Assembly: GCA_036786375.1 (NCBI GenBank)
Contig: DAIQRJ010000003.1
Coordinates: forward strand, 75,932 to 139,931
Reading direction: 5' to 3'
DNA length: 64,000 bases
From: Actinopolymorphaceae bacterium
Lineage (GTDB): Bacteria > Actinomycetota > Actinomycetes > Propionibacteriales > DAIQRJ01
The notes under the pieces are model-generated. The model did not search any database. It saw nothing but the letters and a program-made list of their open reading frames with translations, and was not told where the DNA came from. Both the position numbers and the translations under genes were made by a program. Shown in pieces: positions 18,987-31,366 of this stretch. Numbering within the stretch: the first letter of the stretch is position 1; the number at the start of each line of letters is the position of its first letter.

Positions 18987-20246
18987 GTGCCGACTGGAGC
19001 CGAGGCCTCGATCCTGCACGCCGACCTCGACGCCTTCTTCGCCTCCGTCGAACAGCGTGACGACCCGAGCCTGCGGGGACGCCCGGTCGCGGTCGGCGGC
19101 GGCGTCGTCCTCGCCGCCAGCTACGAGGCCAAGGCATTCGGCGTCCACGGTGCGATGGGCGGCGCCGAGGCCCGTCGGCGCTGCCCCCACCTGATCTTCG
19201 TCCCGCCGCGCTTCCACGCCTACGTCGATGCGAGCCGAACGGTCTTCGACGTGTTCCACGGCACGACGCCCGACGTCGAGGGGCTCTCGATCGACGAGGC
19301 GTTCCTGCACGTCGGCGGTCTGCGGCACCTGGTCGGGCCACCTGTCGAGGTCGCGCGACGGCTGCGGGAGTCGGTGCACGAGCGGACCGGGTTGACGATC
19401 ACCGTCGGAGTGGCGCGGACGCGGTTCCTGGCCAAGGTCGCGAGCGGTGTGGCGAAGCCGGACGGGTTGCTGCTGGTGCCGCCGGAGGCCGAGCTCGACT
19501 TCCTCCGGCCGCTGCCGATCGGCAAGCTGTGGGGCTTCGGGCCGGCCAGCACGAGGACGCTTGCGCGGGTGGGCATCGCGAGGGTCGCGGACATGGCCGA
19601 CGTGCCGGAGGCATCGCTGGTCGCCGTGCTCGGCCGGGCCGCCGGTCACCACCTGTTCGCCGTTGTGCATTCGCGCGACCCCGGCCGGCTGCTGGCGCCG
19701 CGGCCACGGAACCGCTCGGTCGGATCCCAGAGCGCGCTGGGCCGCGCGCGCACCGGGGTGGACACGATCGACCCGGCCCTGGTCGCGGTGGTGGACCGGG
19801 TCACCAGACGCCTGCGATCAGCCGGTCAGGCCGGCCGGACGGTGACCCTGCGGCTGCGGTTCGGTGACTTCAAGGCGGTGACCAGGTCGCACACGCTGGC
19901 CAGTCCGACAGCACAGACGAGGCTGGTGCTCCAGACCGCCCGGGCCCTGCTGCATGCCGAGTCCCGTGCCATCGAGACGCGGGGACTCACGCTCGTCGGC
20001 CTCAGCGTCAGCAACCTGGACTCCGGTGACGCCCACCAGCTCGAGCTACCGCTCGACGAACGGAGCCCGGCCGCGCTGGACACCGCCGTGGACGGCATCC
20101 GCGACCGCTTCGGCTCGGCGGCGGTCACCCGCGCCGTGCTGCTGGGCAGCCGGTCGTCGGGGTTCGAGAACTCCGTCCAGGGCGCGACCTCGCATCCCCG
20201 GCCGGGGTCCGCAGCGGAACGGCCTAGCGGCGGCCGGAGAGGATGA
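18987..20246 (+). CDS. dinB: DNA polymerase IV (Y-family translesion polymerase)
   Basis: 419 aa from GTG 18987. Motifs include [30 protein letters not shown] and SIDEAFL. The 3' end overlaps the convergent folE by 23 bp. Confidence 0.88.
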   Translation: MPTGAEASILHADLDAFFASVEQRDDPSLRGRPVAVGGGVVLAASYEAKAFGVHGAMGGAEARRRCPHLIFVPPRFHAYVDASRTVFDVFHGTTPDVEGLSIDEAFLHVGGLRHLVGPPVEVARRLRESVHERTGLTITVGVARTRFLAKVASGVAKPDGLLLVPPEAELDFLRPLPIGKLWGFGPASTRTLARVGIARVADMADVPEASLVAVLGRAAGHHLFAVVHSRDPGRLLAPRPRNRSVGSQSALGRARTGVDTIDPALVAVVDRVTRRLRSAGQAGRTVTLRLRFGDFKAVTRSHTLASPTAQTRLVLQTARALLHAESRAIETRGLTLVGLSVSNLDSGDAHQLELPLDERSPAALDTAVDGIRDRFGSAAVTRAVLLGSRSSGFENSVQGATSHPRPGSAAERPSGGRRG

Positions 20247-20841
20247 GGCTCATCGCCTCGGAGCGGGTGGCCGGATCGCGCAGCTGACCCCGGACCGCGC
20301 TCGTCATCGTCCGGGCACCGGCCTTGCGCACGCCGCGCATCGTCATGCACAGGTGCTCCGCCTCGATGACGACCATCACGCCACGCGGCTCGAGCAGCGC
20401 GACGAGCGCATCGGCCACCTGGGTGGTCAGCCGCTCCTGCACCTGAGGTCGCTTCGCGTAGACGTCGACCAGCCGGGCCAGCTTCGACAGGCCGGTGATC
20501 TTGCCGTCCCGGTTCGGAATGTAGGCGACGTGTGCGAGCCCGGTGAACGGGACGAGGTGGTGCTCGCACACGCTCCACAGCTCGATGTCGCGAACGAGCA
20601 CCATCTCGTCGTGACCGATGTCGAACGTCGTCGTCAAGACGTCTGCCGGTGACTGACGAAGCCCCGACAGGATCTCGGCGTAGGACTCGGCCACCCGTTT
20701 CGGGGTGTCGAGCAGGCCTTCACGGTCGGGGTCCTCCCCGACCGCGGCGAGGATCTCGCGGACAGCGGCCTCGATGCGCGGCAGGTCGACCTCCCCGGTG
20801 GCAGGTGCGTGCAGGAGGTCGATGGAGAGTTGCTTGGTCAC
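20224..20841 (-). CDS. folE: GTP cyclohydrolase I
   Basis: 205 aa from GTG 20841. Motifs include CEHHLVPF and RPQVQERLT. Confidence 0.92.
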   Translation of the reverse strand: MTKQLSIDLLHAPATGEVDLPRIEAAVREILAAVGEDPDREGLLDTPKRVAESYAEILSGLRQSPADVLTTTFDIGHDEMVLVRDIELWSVCEHHLVPFTGLAHVAYIPNRDGKITGLSKLARLVDVYAKRPQVQERLTTQVADALVALLEPRGVMVVIEAEHLCMTMRGVRKAGARTMTSAVRGQLRDPATRSEAMSLILSGRR

Positions 20842-20857
20842 GAAGACACCCGTCCGG

Positions 20858-22909
<2,052 letters not shown>

Positions 22910-23138
22910 AGTCGCGGAACCCGGTGGGGTTCCGTTCCTCCAGCCGTGTGCGAAAGGCGCGTTCCGTCGAGCGTCCACCTGAGGATCTGGGCGGGTCGAC
23001 CGTCGGCGCGCGAGGGTGTCAAGCCCCGGAGCCAGTGACGGCCACCGTGACATGGACGGAAAGTATCTCAGCCGGGTGCCACCGGGACGAATCGAGGACG
23101 GCCCACCGGTGTCCGAACGGTCGGCCGTTGGGCGGACG

Positions 23139-23690
23139 TCAGCTGTAGACGTGCGGCGCGAGGGTGCCGACGCACCGCAGATTGCGGTAGCGCTCGGCGT
23201 AGTCGAGTCCGTAACCGACGACGAACTCGCTGCCGATCTCGTAGCCGACGTACTTGGTGGCCAACGTCATCCGGGTCGCCTCGGGCTTGCGGAGCAGCGC
23301 GAGGATCTCGACCGATGCCGGTCCGCGCGAGCGCAGGTTGTTCACCAGGTAGCTCAGCGTCAGGCCGGTGTCGATGATCTCGTCGACGATCAGGACGTGA
23401 CGGTCGGTGATGTCGGTGGAGAGGTCCTTGAGGATGCGCACCACCCCCGAGCTCTCGGTACCCGACCCGTAGGAGGAGATGTCGACCCAGTCCATCTCGA
23501 TGTGCCGGTTCAGCGCACGGGCGAAGTCGGCCATCACCATGACCGCGCCCTTCAGGACGCCGATGACCAGGAGGTCCTTGCCTTCATAGTCGGCCTCGAC
23601 CTCGCGGGCCAGTTCCTCCAGCCGATCGGTGATCTGCTTCTCGGTCAGAAGGACCTCGGTCAGGTCACCGTCGATCGACGCAGCATCCAC
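23139..23690 (-). CDS. hpt: hypoxanthine phosphoribosyltransferase
   Basis: 183 aa from GTG 23690. The PRPP-binding motif is VLIVDEIIDTGLT. Confidence 0.9.
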   Translation of the reverse strand: MDAASIDGDLTEVLLTEKQITDRLEELAREVEADYEGKDLLVIGVLKGAVMVMADFARALNRHIEMDWVDISSYGSGTESSGVVRILKDLSTDITDRHVLIVDEIIDTGLTLSYLVNNLRSRGPASVEILALLRKPEATRMTLATKYVGYEIGSEFVVGYGLDYAERYRNLRCVGTLAPHVYS

Positions 23691-23695
23691 GCCGG

Positions 23696-24715
23696 TCAGC
23701 CTGCCACAGGCGGTTCGTGGGCGACACGGAGCCTGCCGTCGCGCCGGGTCACCCGCACGCCGCCGGGGAGCTCGACCCAGCGCTGGCCGTGCCAGGACGA
23801 CACGAGTTCGATGACCGCGAGCACGTGCCGGTAGCCGAGGTCGGTCGCCGGCGCACCGGCCTCGAGGAGCCACGATCGCACCAGCCGCGAGCCGATGGCG
23901 GGCGGCAGTCCGGCAAGTGCCTCGACCGGCAGCTCGGCGGCCGGCTGATCGGAGGTGAGCCGTGCGAGCTCGACCGCCGCGAGCGCGTCGAGGGCATCCG
24001 CGTCCGCGCGGGCCTGCTCGGCGGTCCGGGCCAGAGCGGCGGCGATGCCGGGTCCGAGCTCGCGTTCGAGTACGGGCAGCACCGTGTCGCGGACCCGCAC
24101 GCGGGCGAACCGTGGATCGCTGTTGTGCGGGTCCGTCCAGACCGCCAGGTCCTCGGCGGCGCAGGCGCCGGCGGTGACGTCACGGCCGAGGCCGAGCAGG
24201 GGTCGGCGGTAACGCCCGCTGACGCCGCGCATGCCGGCCAGCGAGCGGACACCGGACCCGCGGGCGAGCCCGAGCAGCACCGTCTCGGCCTGGTCGTCGG
24301 CGGTGTGGCCGAGCAACACCGCGCAGGCGCCGAGGGCGTCCGCGGCCTCGTCGAGGGCCGCGTAGCGGGCGGTCCGCGCAGCCGCTTCGGGGCCGGAGGT
24401 GCCGACCGGCACCTCGACGGTGACGACGCAGCTCGGCTCGAGACCCATCCCCCGCAACCGCACGACCAGCCCGGCGGCCCGCTCGGCCGAGCCGGGCTGC
24501 AGGTCGTGGTCGACGGTGACGGCAGCGGCGCGCAGGCCCAGCCGGGGTGCCTCGAACGCCACCGCGGCGGCCAGCGCGGTCGAGTCGGCACCGCCGGAAG
24601 ACGCCACCAGGACGGTTGTGTCAGTCGGGTCGTCGAGATCGGCGATCAGCGCGCGGAGGTCGGCACGCACCGCCGACCGCACCGCCGCCACCCGCGGATC
24701 AAGCCTGCTGCCCAT
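23696..24715 (-). CDS. tilS: tRNA(Ile)-lysidine synthetase
   Basis: 339 aa from ATG 24715. The PP-loop motif is VLVASSGGADSTALA. The conserved tilS-hpt-ftsH order is present. Confidence 0.88.
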   Translation of the reverse strand: MGSRLDPRVAAVRSAVRADLRALIADLDDPTDTTVLVASSGGADSTALAAAVAFEAPRLGLRAAAVTVDHDLQPGSAERAAGLVVRLRGMGLEPSCVVTVEVPVGTSGPEAAARTARYAALDEAADALGACAVLLGHTADDQAETVLLGLARGSGVRSLAGMRGVSGRYRRPLLGLGRDVTAGACAAEDLAVWTDPHNSDPRFARVRVRDTVLPVLERELGPGIAAALARTAEQARADADALDALAAVELARLTSDQPAAELPVEALAGLPPAIGSRLVRSWLLEAGAPATDLGYRHVLAVIELVSSWHGQRWVELPGGVRVTRRDGRLRVAHEPPVAG

Positions 24716-24744
24716 GTTTGTCCGGCTGCCCGGTTGCTCGGCGA

Positions 24745-25929
24745 CTAGACGCCGGCGCCCGGTGCGATCCCGGCGACGCGTTCGAGCCACCGGCCCGGCT
24801 GATCGATCTCAGCCTTGCTGGGAAGGGTTTCCGGGCTGGTCCACACCTGGTTGAAGCCGTCCATGCCGATGCGGTCGACGATGGCGCGGACGAACAGCGC
24901 GCCCTCGCGGTACTGCCGCATCTTGGCGTCCATGCCGAGCAGCCGGCGCATCAGCTGGTCGACCGGGGACGATCCGGTGCGTCGACGGACGTCGAACTTG
25001 GCGCGGATCTCGGGCAGCGTCTTGATGACGGCCGGTGCGGCCAGGTCCATCACCACGTCGGCGTGTCCCTCGACGAGCGTCATCATCGCGGTGATCTCGT
25101 CCAGCACGGCCTTCTGCTCGGGCGTGCTGACAAGGTCGACGAGGCCGGCCGGCTGACCGACGCGATCGCCCTTGACGCCACGCATCGACCGCACCGTCTG
25201 GTCGAGGCCGTCCTTGAGACGGCCGAACACAGCGGCCGGGTCGAGGTCGTGGCTGGAGAGCAGGGCATCGAGGCGACCGCGCAGGTGACCTTCGAGCCAG
25301 GTCACGGTCGTGAACTGGACGCGGTGCGTCTCCTCGTGCAGACACACCCACAGCCGGAAGTCGCCGGGATCGACGCCGAGCTCACGCTCGACCGCGACGA
25401 CGTTCGGGGCCACCAACAGAAGTCGCCCGACCTCCCCCTCGGCCCGGTGGTACGGGTCGAACTGGCCGAGCACCTTGCCAGAGAGGAAGGCGAGCACGGC
25501 GCCGAGCTCGACACCGGTGACCTGGGAACCGACCTTGCTGGCGATGGCGGGCAGCGACTGTTCACGATCGCCGATCAGCCGGCGGATCAGCGGGTCCAGC
25601 ACCTGGCTGAACGCGTCGACGTTGGCCTGCACCCAGCCCGGCCGATCGACGACGAGGACCGGCGCGTGCTGCCCGTTGGCGACCAGTCCGGTGCACTCGC
25701 GCACGAGCGGCGTCGCCTCGGCGGCGAACCGGCGCAGATCGGCGACCGCGGTAGCGATCTCGGCGCGGGTGGCGTGCGGGCCGGGCCGGGCCAGCCGGTG
25801 CGCGGTCGAGACCGCGAGATCCCAATTGATGAACCGCGACGCGTCCGCCGGCGTCGGCCCGGCACCTGCCGGCCCGTCACCACCGTCGAAGCCGGGGTCG
25901 ACGTCGGTCAGGTGCTGCGAGTCGCTCAT
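24745..25929 (-). CDS. zinc-dependent metalloprotease (DUF2342-like)
   Basis: 394 aa with the HExxH motif in CLHEETHRVQF. It lies upstream of tilS, the conserved actinobacterial position (from memory). Confidence 0.7.
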   Translation of the reverse strand: MSDSQHLTDVDPGFDGGDGPAGAGPTPADASRFINWDLAVSTAHRLARPGPHATRAEIATAVADLRRFAAEATPLVRECTGLVANGQHAPVLVVDRPGWVQANVDAFSQVLDPLIRRLIGDREQSLPAIASKVGSQVTGVELGAVLAFLSGKVLGQFDPYHRAEGEVGRLLLVAPNVVAVERELGVDPGDFRLWVCLHEETHRVQFTTVTWLEGHLRGRLDALLSSHDLDPAAVFGRLKDGLDQTVRSMRGVKGDRVGQPAGLVDLVSTPEQKAVLDEITAMMTLVEGHADVVMDLAAPAVIKTLPEIRAKFDVRRRTGSSPVDQLMRRLLGMDAKMRQYREGALFVRAIVDRIGMDGFNQVWTSPETLPSKAEIDQPGRWLERVAGIAPGAGV

Positions 25930-25953
25930 GTTCTGACCCTAGCGAGCACCCGG

Positions 25954-27438
25954 TCAGCCCGAACCGGACCGGCAACCGCACCCGGCGATGGTGGCGGCGA
26001 TCCGGTCCGCGCCGGGCCGGGCATCGGTCGCGCCGGTCCGGTCGGTCATCACCGCGAACGAGAGCAGCGCGCCGTCCCGGGTCATCACCGTGCCGGCGAG
26101 CGACACCAGCCCGGTGAGCGTGCCGGTCTTCGCTCGCACGTACCCGGCCCCGCTCGCGCCGACGACGCGGAACCGGTTGGCGAGCGCTCCGTCGAATCCA
26201 CCCACCGGCAGCCCTGACAGCACGGCCGACAGCTCGGGATGGCGTCCGGCCGCGATGACGTCGATCAATGCGGTCAGGGTGCTCGCCGGGATCCGCCCGT
26301 CCCGGCTCAGCCCGCTGCCGTCGTAGAGGCGCACGCCTGCGGTGTTCACGCCGAGCGACTGCAGCCGGGCCAGCACCGCCGACGTCGCGCCGGCGAAGTC
26401 GGGCCTCGCACCGGCGGCCAACGCGACCTGCCGTGCGAGCACCTCGGCGCCGTCGTTGTCCGAAGTCAGGAGCACGTGCTCGACGATCGAGTCCAGCGGC
26501 GCCGACTCGATCGAGGAGACCGTCGTCGCGCCGCGCACGGCGCGCTGCGGCGTGGGCGCACCCGACACCGTGATCCCCCGTTTCGCCAGGAGCACGGCGA
26601 AGCGGGCCGCGGCGTCTTTCGCCGGATCGGCGACGCGCGTCGAGAACGGCGCCTTGATGCGTGCCTCGTCCACCCACAGGGCCGACACGGGTGCGACGAC
26701 CGAGCTGTCCACGTAGACCTCCCGCCAGTGCGGGGACAGCGGCTGGCTGAACAGCGACGCGTCGTAGCGCAGCGCGACCCTCGTGTGGCCGTCGGCTGTC
26801 AGCGCGGCCGCGGTGCGGGTGGCCAGCTCATCGATCGTGGCGGTCGTCGCGTCCGGGTAGACGACGTGGCCGCGCTTGGTGGCCCGCGTCAGCGCGGCCT
26901 GCGAGGACAGCAGCGGGTCGCCGCCACCGACGAGCACGATCGTGGGCGGGCTCGGGGCCGGTGTCTTCGTGGTCGGCTTCGGCACCGGATCCAGTACGAC
27001 GCGGGTGGTGAACCGGTGGTCCGGGCCGAGCAGTGACAGCACCGCGGCGGTCGTCAGCAGCTTCGTGGTCGACGCCGGGGTGAACCCGGTGGTCGGCGCG
27101 CGCCCGTACAACTGCTTGCCCGTGACCAGGTCGCGCACCGATACCGACACCCGCCCGCCGAGCGTCTTGTCCCGCAGCAGCGGCGCCAGCGCGGCGGTGA
27201 GGCCCGCGGTGGTCGGACGTTTCGCATCGGCGGCGACCGGGGCCAGCAACGGACCGGTCAGCCGGGCCCGGTCACGCACCGGGGCCGGCGCGGTCGCCGC
27301 GCGTGCGGGTGCGGTGGCCGGCGCGAGCAACCCGGCGGCAAGCAACCCGGCCGCCAGGACACCGACGAGAGCCGCCAGACCGAACGGGACCAGCGCGCCC
27401 CCGCGCACGCGGGAGCGGGTTCGGCGCGACGGTCTCAC
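25954..27438 (-). CDS. dacB: D-alanyl-D-alanine carboxypeptidase/endopeptidase (PBP4 family)
   Basis: 494 aa. It has a signal/TM segment and three penicillin-binding motifs: SxxK (PASTTKLLT), SxN (TSDNDG) and KTG (AKTGTLTG). Confidence 0.82.
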   Translation of the reverse strand: MRPSRRTRSRVRGGALVPFGLAALVGVLAAGLLAAGLLAPATAPARAATAPAPVRDRARLTGPLLAPVAADAKRPTTAGLTAALAPLLRDKTLGGRVSVSVRDLVTGKQLYGRAPTTGFTPASTTKLLTTAAVLSLLGPDHRFTTRVVLDPVPKPTTKTPAPSPPTIVLVGGGDPLLSSQAALTRATKRGHVVYPDATTATIDELATRTAAALTADGHTRVALRYDASLFSQPLSPHWREVYVDSSVVAPVSALWVDEARIKAPFSTRVADPAKDAAARFAVLLAKRGITVSGAPTPQRAVRGATTVSSIESAPLDSIVEHVLLTSDNDGAEVLARQVALAAGARPDFAGATSAVLARLQSLGVNTAGVRLYDGSGLSRDGRIPASTLTALIDVIAAGRHPELSAVLSGLPVGGFDGALANRFRVVGASGAGYVRAKTGTLTGLVSLAGTVMTRDGALLSFAVMTDRTGATDARPGADRIAATIAGCGCRSGSG

Positions 27439-27556
27439 GCGCAGCGATGCTAGACCGGCGCGGCGTCGTTCCCGACTTGGCGGCGTTCTTCCTGACTAGG
27501 CTGTGCGCCAATCGACGCGCCGGATGGCCGCGGTGAACCTGGCGAAAGGTCGGATC

Positions 27557-28045
27557 GTGCAGTTCGACGTCACGGTGGAGATCCCGAAAGGCCAGCGCAA
27601 CAAGTACGAGGTCGACCACGCGTCGGGGCGCATCCGTCTCGACCGGACGTTGTTCACCGCCACGCAGTACCCGGCCGACTACGGGTTCATCGAGGACACC
27701 CTCGGCCAGGACGGAGACCCGCTGGACGCGCTGGTCCTGCTCAGTGAGCCGACGTTCCCCGGGTGCCTGATCGCCTGCCGGGCGGTCGGCATGTTCCGCA
27801 TGACCGACGAGAAAGGCCCCGACGACAAGGTCCTGTGCGTGCACTCGACCGACCCGCGCTGGGATCACCTGACCGACATCGACGACGTGCAGAAATTCGA
27901 CCGCCTCGAGATCCAGCACTTCTTCGAGGTCTACAAGGAACTCGAACCGGCCAAGTCGGTGGAAGGCGCCACCTGGGCGGGCCGGGAGGAGGCCGAAACC
28001 GAGATCCGCGCCTCGTTCGAGCGCGCGAAGCGACACGGCTTCTGA
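27557..28045 (+). CDS. ppa: inorganic pyrophosphatase (family I)
   Basis: 162 aa from GTG 27557 with a GAAAGG RBS. Begins [19 protein letters not shown] and contains [24 protein letters not shown]. The longer track ORF from 27503 is less likely. Confidence 0.92.
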   Translation: MQFDVTVEIPKGQRNKYEVDHASGRIRLDRTLFTATQYPADYGFIEDTLGQDGDPLDALVLLSEPTFPGCLIACRAVGMFRMTDEKGPDDKVLCVHSTDPRWDHLTDIDDVQKFDRLEIQHFFEVYKELEPAKSVEGATWAGREEAETEIRASFERAKRHGF

Positions 28046-28058
28046 GCCGTCGCCGGCT

Positions 28059-29798
28059 CTAGAGGATCGGTAGCCGCAGCGCCGGCTCCGGCCGGTGCAC
28101 GCCGCGCGGCCGGTACCCGAGGGCGTCGGACCGACCCAGGTAGTCGGCAAGCAGCCAGGTCACCGATAGCCACATCTCGGTCCCCTGCAGGCCCGGTGTC
28201 GAGCGTGCTCCGGTCCCGATGGGCGCGAACGCGAATCCCTCGCCGTCGACCCACAGCTGGAGCGCCCGGTCGAGCGTCTCCGCAGCCCAGCGCTCACCGT
28301 CGGCCCGGCCGGCGTCGGTCTGCTTGCCTGCCAGCCAGAGCGGGTGGACGACGTCGAGGATGTTGCAGGCGTTGAACTCCTCACCGGTGAACCAGCGGCG
28401 GTCCCGCGCGTGCGCGAGCGTCGTCCGCACCGCCTGCTCCGGATGCGGGAGTGCCAGTCCGAACTGGGCGTAGGTGCCGCGGGTGAGCCGGTAGAAGCCG
28501 TTGACGACCTGGAGCCAGCCGGCCTGGGGATCAGGCTGCGCCCACATCCCGTGCGCCGGATCGACCCGCGCGGCCAGCCAGCCCATCAACGTCATCAGCG
28601 GCCCGCGCCCGCCGTCGGGGAGCCGGTCCCCGAAGTCGGTCATGTTGCGCAGGCAGGCCGTCCCGAGCCCGTCGATGGTGCTGCCCGAACTCCACGCGCG
28701 GTCGCGCCACGGCCGCGCGTCCAGCTGGCGTTCGAGTTCGTGGGCGTCGAGCGCGTCGACGGCGTGGATCGGGTGCGCGAAGCTCGAACCGAGGAGCTGC
28801 AATGCGTAACCCACACAGAGGATGTGGTAGGTCGCGGGGCCCGAGAACGCCGACAGCGAGGAGGTGTCCGGAGTCCCGGCGGCGAGACCCTCGTCGGAGA
28901 GGTCGCCGTCGGGGGTCAGCCCGGTGTCGGGGTCCTGCCAGGCACGCAACCGTGCGATGAGGTCGGCCCGGTCGTGCTGATCGGGTGCCCGGCGGCGGAG
29001 CAGGTCGCTGATCTCGACCGCGTCACACCACGCCCGGACGCTCGGCGGCTGTCCGGGGCGGTCGAGGAAACGTTTGCCGTCGTACGCGCGGGCCAGGACG
29101 TCACCGGCCTGATCCCGCGCACGATTCGCGAACGTGGCCAGGCGATCCGGTAGGTCGGCGTGCTTCCCACCGGCTGAGCCGGCAAGCGATCCCGATGTCA
29201 GGGTCGGTGTCGAGATCTTCGCGGTCTGCTCGTCGCGACGGTCACGCACGACGCGGGCCGGGTTGCCGACCGCGACGCCCCAGTCCGGGATGTCCTTCGT
29301 GACGACGGCGCCGGCGCCGACGACGGCGTGCGCGCCGATGGTGACACCGTCCAGGACGGTCACGTTCGAGCCGATCCACACATCGTCGCCGACGGCGATG
29401 CCCTTGCTGGTATGAGGTTGCTTGAACACCGGCTGGTCCGGGGCGAAGCCGTGGTTGAACGCCAGGAGCGAGCTGTAGGCGCCGATCCGTACCGCCGCAC
29501 CCAGTGTGATGCGGCCGCGAACCACCGCGAACGGGTTGATCGTCGAGTCGGCTCCGGCCTCGAGGTCGCCGGTGACGTAGGCGTGCCCGCCGATGTACAC
29601 GCGGTCGCCCAGAACCAGCCGCGAGCAGTAGACGCCAGCCGACTCGGCGACGTAGACCTCGTCACCGAACGACACCTCACCGGAGGTGGCCAGCTGGTTC
29701 TGGAGCTCCTTCTGGTCGGCCTTCTGCACGTCGGTGGCGTGGTGACGGAACTCCCAGGGCAGGAAGCCGAATCGCTGGTCGGACTGACGATCGCTCAT
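28059..29798 (-). CDS. hexapeptide-repeat (LbH) acyltransferase fused to an uncharacterised ~370-aa C-terminal domain
   Basis: 579 aa. Residues about 40-195 show hexapeptide repeats (VWIGSNVTVLDGVTIGAHAVVGAGAVVTKDIP). I recognised no family motif in the rest of the protein. Confidence 0.6.
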   Translation of the reverse strand: MSDRQSDQRFGFLPWEFRHHATDVQKADQKELQNQLATSGEVSFGDEVYVAESAGVYCSRLVLGDRVYIGGHAYVTGDLEAGADSTINPFAVVRGRITLGAAVRIGAYSSLLAFNHGFAPDQPVFKQPHTSKGIAVGDDVWIGSNVTVLDGVTIGAHAVVGAGAVVTKDIPDWGVAVGNPARVVRDRRDEQTAKISTPTLTSGSLAGSAGGKHADLPDRLATFANRARDQAGDVLARAYDGKRFLDRPGQPPSVRAWCDAVEISDLLRRRAPDQHDRADLIARLRAWQDPDTGLTPDGDLSDEGLAAGTPDTSSLSAFSGPATYHILCVGYALQLLGSSFAHPIHAVDALDAHELERQLDARPWRDRAWSSGSTIDGLGTACLRNMTDFGDRLPDGGRGPLMTLMGWLAARVDPAHGMWAQPDPQAGWLQVVNGFYRLTRGTYAQFGLALPHPEQAVRTTLAHARDRRWFTGEEFNACNILDVVHPLWLAGKQTDAGRADGERWAAETLDRALQLWVDGEGFAFAPIGTGARSTPGLQGTEMWLSVTWLLADYLGRSDALGYRPRGVHRPEPALRLPIL

Positions 29799-29878
29799 GG
29801 GAAAACGCTATCCGAGACATCGAGAACGGGTCTGATCGTTCCCGCGCGGCGTCCTCCTCCGGTCTGGCCGGACGACGC

Positions 29879-31366
29879 TCAGTTCTGCGGGCGGCCGGCG
29901 AACTGCCGTGTGCCCATGTAGTAGAGGGACACGATCTCGACGTCGCGGCCGGGCCGGGGGGCCTGGATCATCTTGCCGCCGCCGATGTACATCGCCACGT
30001 GGTAGATCGTGTTGGAGTCCGACGCGTTGGTCGCCCAGAACACCATGTCACCCGCCTTGAGCTCGCTCAGGCTGATCTTCTTCGACCCCCAGTACTGCGG
30101 GCGCGCCTGGTGGACCATGTAGATCCCGGCGGCGGCCCAGGCCTTCTGGATCAGCCCCGAGCAGTCCCACGTGTTCGGGCCGGCGGCGCCCCAGACGTAG
30201 GGCTCCCCCAGCTGTGCCTTCGCGAACGAGATCGCGGTCGCGACCTGGGGCGCGGACGGATCACTGCCGCTGGGATGCGGCGTCGGCTTCGGTGTGGGCC
30301 TGGGGCTCGGTCTGGGCGTCGGTTTCGGGCTGGGCGTCGGTTTCGGGCTGGGCGTCGGCTTCGGGCTGGGCGTCGGCTTCGGGCTGGGCGTCGGCTTCGG
30401 GCTCGGCTTGTGCGAGGAGGACGTGCCGTGTTCCTTCGCCTTCTCGGCTGCCTTCTTGGCCTTCTCCGCCTTCGCCTTGTCGGCGGCGCGCTTGTCCGCA
30501 GCCCGCTTGTCGGCGGCCGCCTGCCAGGTCGCGGCCTGCTGCGCCGCCTTCTTGGCAGCGGCAGCCTGCGCCTCGCGGGCGGCTTCGGCACGCTGTGCGG
30601 CCGCCTTGGCCAGCGCTGCCTGCCGCTGGTTGGCGAGCGAGACGCTGATGCCCTGGAGCCGGGCGAGATCGGCCATCAGCTCATCGCGCTGCTTGGCGAC
30701 CGCGCTCAGCGTCGCGGCCGCGTCCGCTGCCTTGCCGGCGGCGGTGTCGTACGCGGCCCGCTCGGCAGTGGCCGCGTCCTGGGCCTTGGCCTGCGCTGCC
30801 GTCGCGTCCGCTTGTTTCGCCACTGCGGACGCCTGCGCGGCCCGGTAGGCGGCATAGGCCTGCGACAGCGAGGAGTTCACGATCTGCAGGGTGGCCGCGG
30901 TGTCGAGCAACGTGCCCGGGCCGTCGGCCGCCATGAACGCGCTCACGTCGTCGAGCCCGTTGGTCTGCTGGTACTGCGAGGCGGCGAACTGACCCGCGAT
31001 GTCGCGACGGTCGGCGGCGTCGGCACGAGCCTTCGTCGCTGCCGCACTCGCCTTGCGTGCCGCGGCATGCGCGGTGGCCAGCACCGCGGCGGCACCGTTG
31101 TAGTCCTCGACCGCGCTCTCGGCGGCGATCTGGGCGGCCCGTTCCCGCGCGTCGGCGCCCGCCAACTGGGACTTCACCCGGCCGACTTCGACCGCCTTAC
31201 TGTCCGCGTGTGCCTTGGCCGCGGCGACGTCGGCGGCCGACGGAGCCCCGGCCGGGTCGGCGTTCGCGGGCAGGCTGGACAACGCCAAGCCGCCGGTGAC
31301 GACAACGGCGACGAGCACCACGCCCCACCGACGGTTACGTGGCGTGCGGACATGAGGAGTCGACAC
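29879..31366 (-). CDS. RipA-like secreted peptidoglycan endopeptidase (coiled-coil + Pro-rich linker + NlpC/P60)
   Basis: 495 aa from GTG 31366 with an AGGGAG RBS. It has a signal/TM segment (RRWGVVLVAVVVTGGLALSSLPANA), a long Ala/Gln/Lys coiled-coil region and a (PSPKPT)n linker. The C-terminal NlpC/P60 core is YVWGAAGPNTWDCSGLIQKAW ... HVAMYIGGGKMIQAP. Confidence 0.82.
   Translation of the reverse strand: MSTPHVRTPRNRRWGVVLVAVVVTGGLALSSLPANADPAGAPSAADVAAAKAHADSKAVEVGRVKSQLAGADARERAAQIAAESAVEDYNGAAAVLATAHAAARKASAAATKARADAADRRDIAGQFAASQYQQTNGLDDVSAFMAADGPGTLLDTAATLQIVNSSLSQAYAAYRAAQASAVAKQADATAAQAKAQDAATAERAAYDTAAGKAADAAATLSAVAKQRDELMADLARLQGISVSLANQRQAALAKAAAQRAEAAREAQAAAAKKAAQQAATWQAAADKRAADKRAADKAKAEKAKKAAEKAKEHGTSSSHKPSPKPTPSPKPTPSPKPTPSPKPTPSPKPTPRPSPRPTPKPTPHPSGSDPSAPQVATAISFAKAQLGEPYVWGAAGPNTWDCSGLIQKAWAAAGIYMVHQARPQYWGSKKISLSELKAGDMVFWATNASDSNTIYHVAMYIGGGKMIQAPRPGRDVEIVSLYYMGTRQFAGRPQN
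30309..30398. repeat. 18-bp tandem repeat x5 encoding the PSPKPT linker of the NlpC/P60 protein
   Basis: There are five consecutive units. The first is ggtctgggcgtcggtttc, and the next four are gggctgggcgtcgg(t/c)ttc. The last three units are identical. Confidence 0.9.

Noticed and set aside
30285-30410. Regularly spaced 18-bp repeats that could superficially suggest a CRISPR-like array.
   Set aside because: The units are contiguous with no spacers. They lie in frame inside the NlpC/P60 gene and encode a PSPKPT linker.
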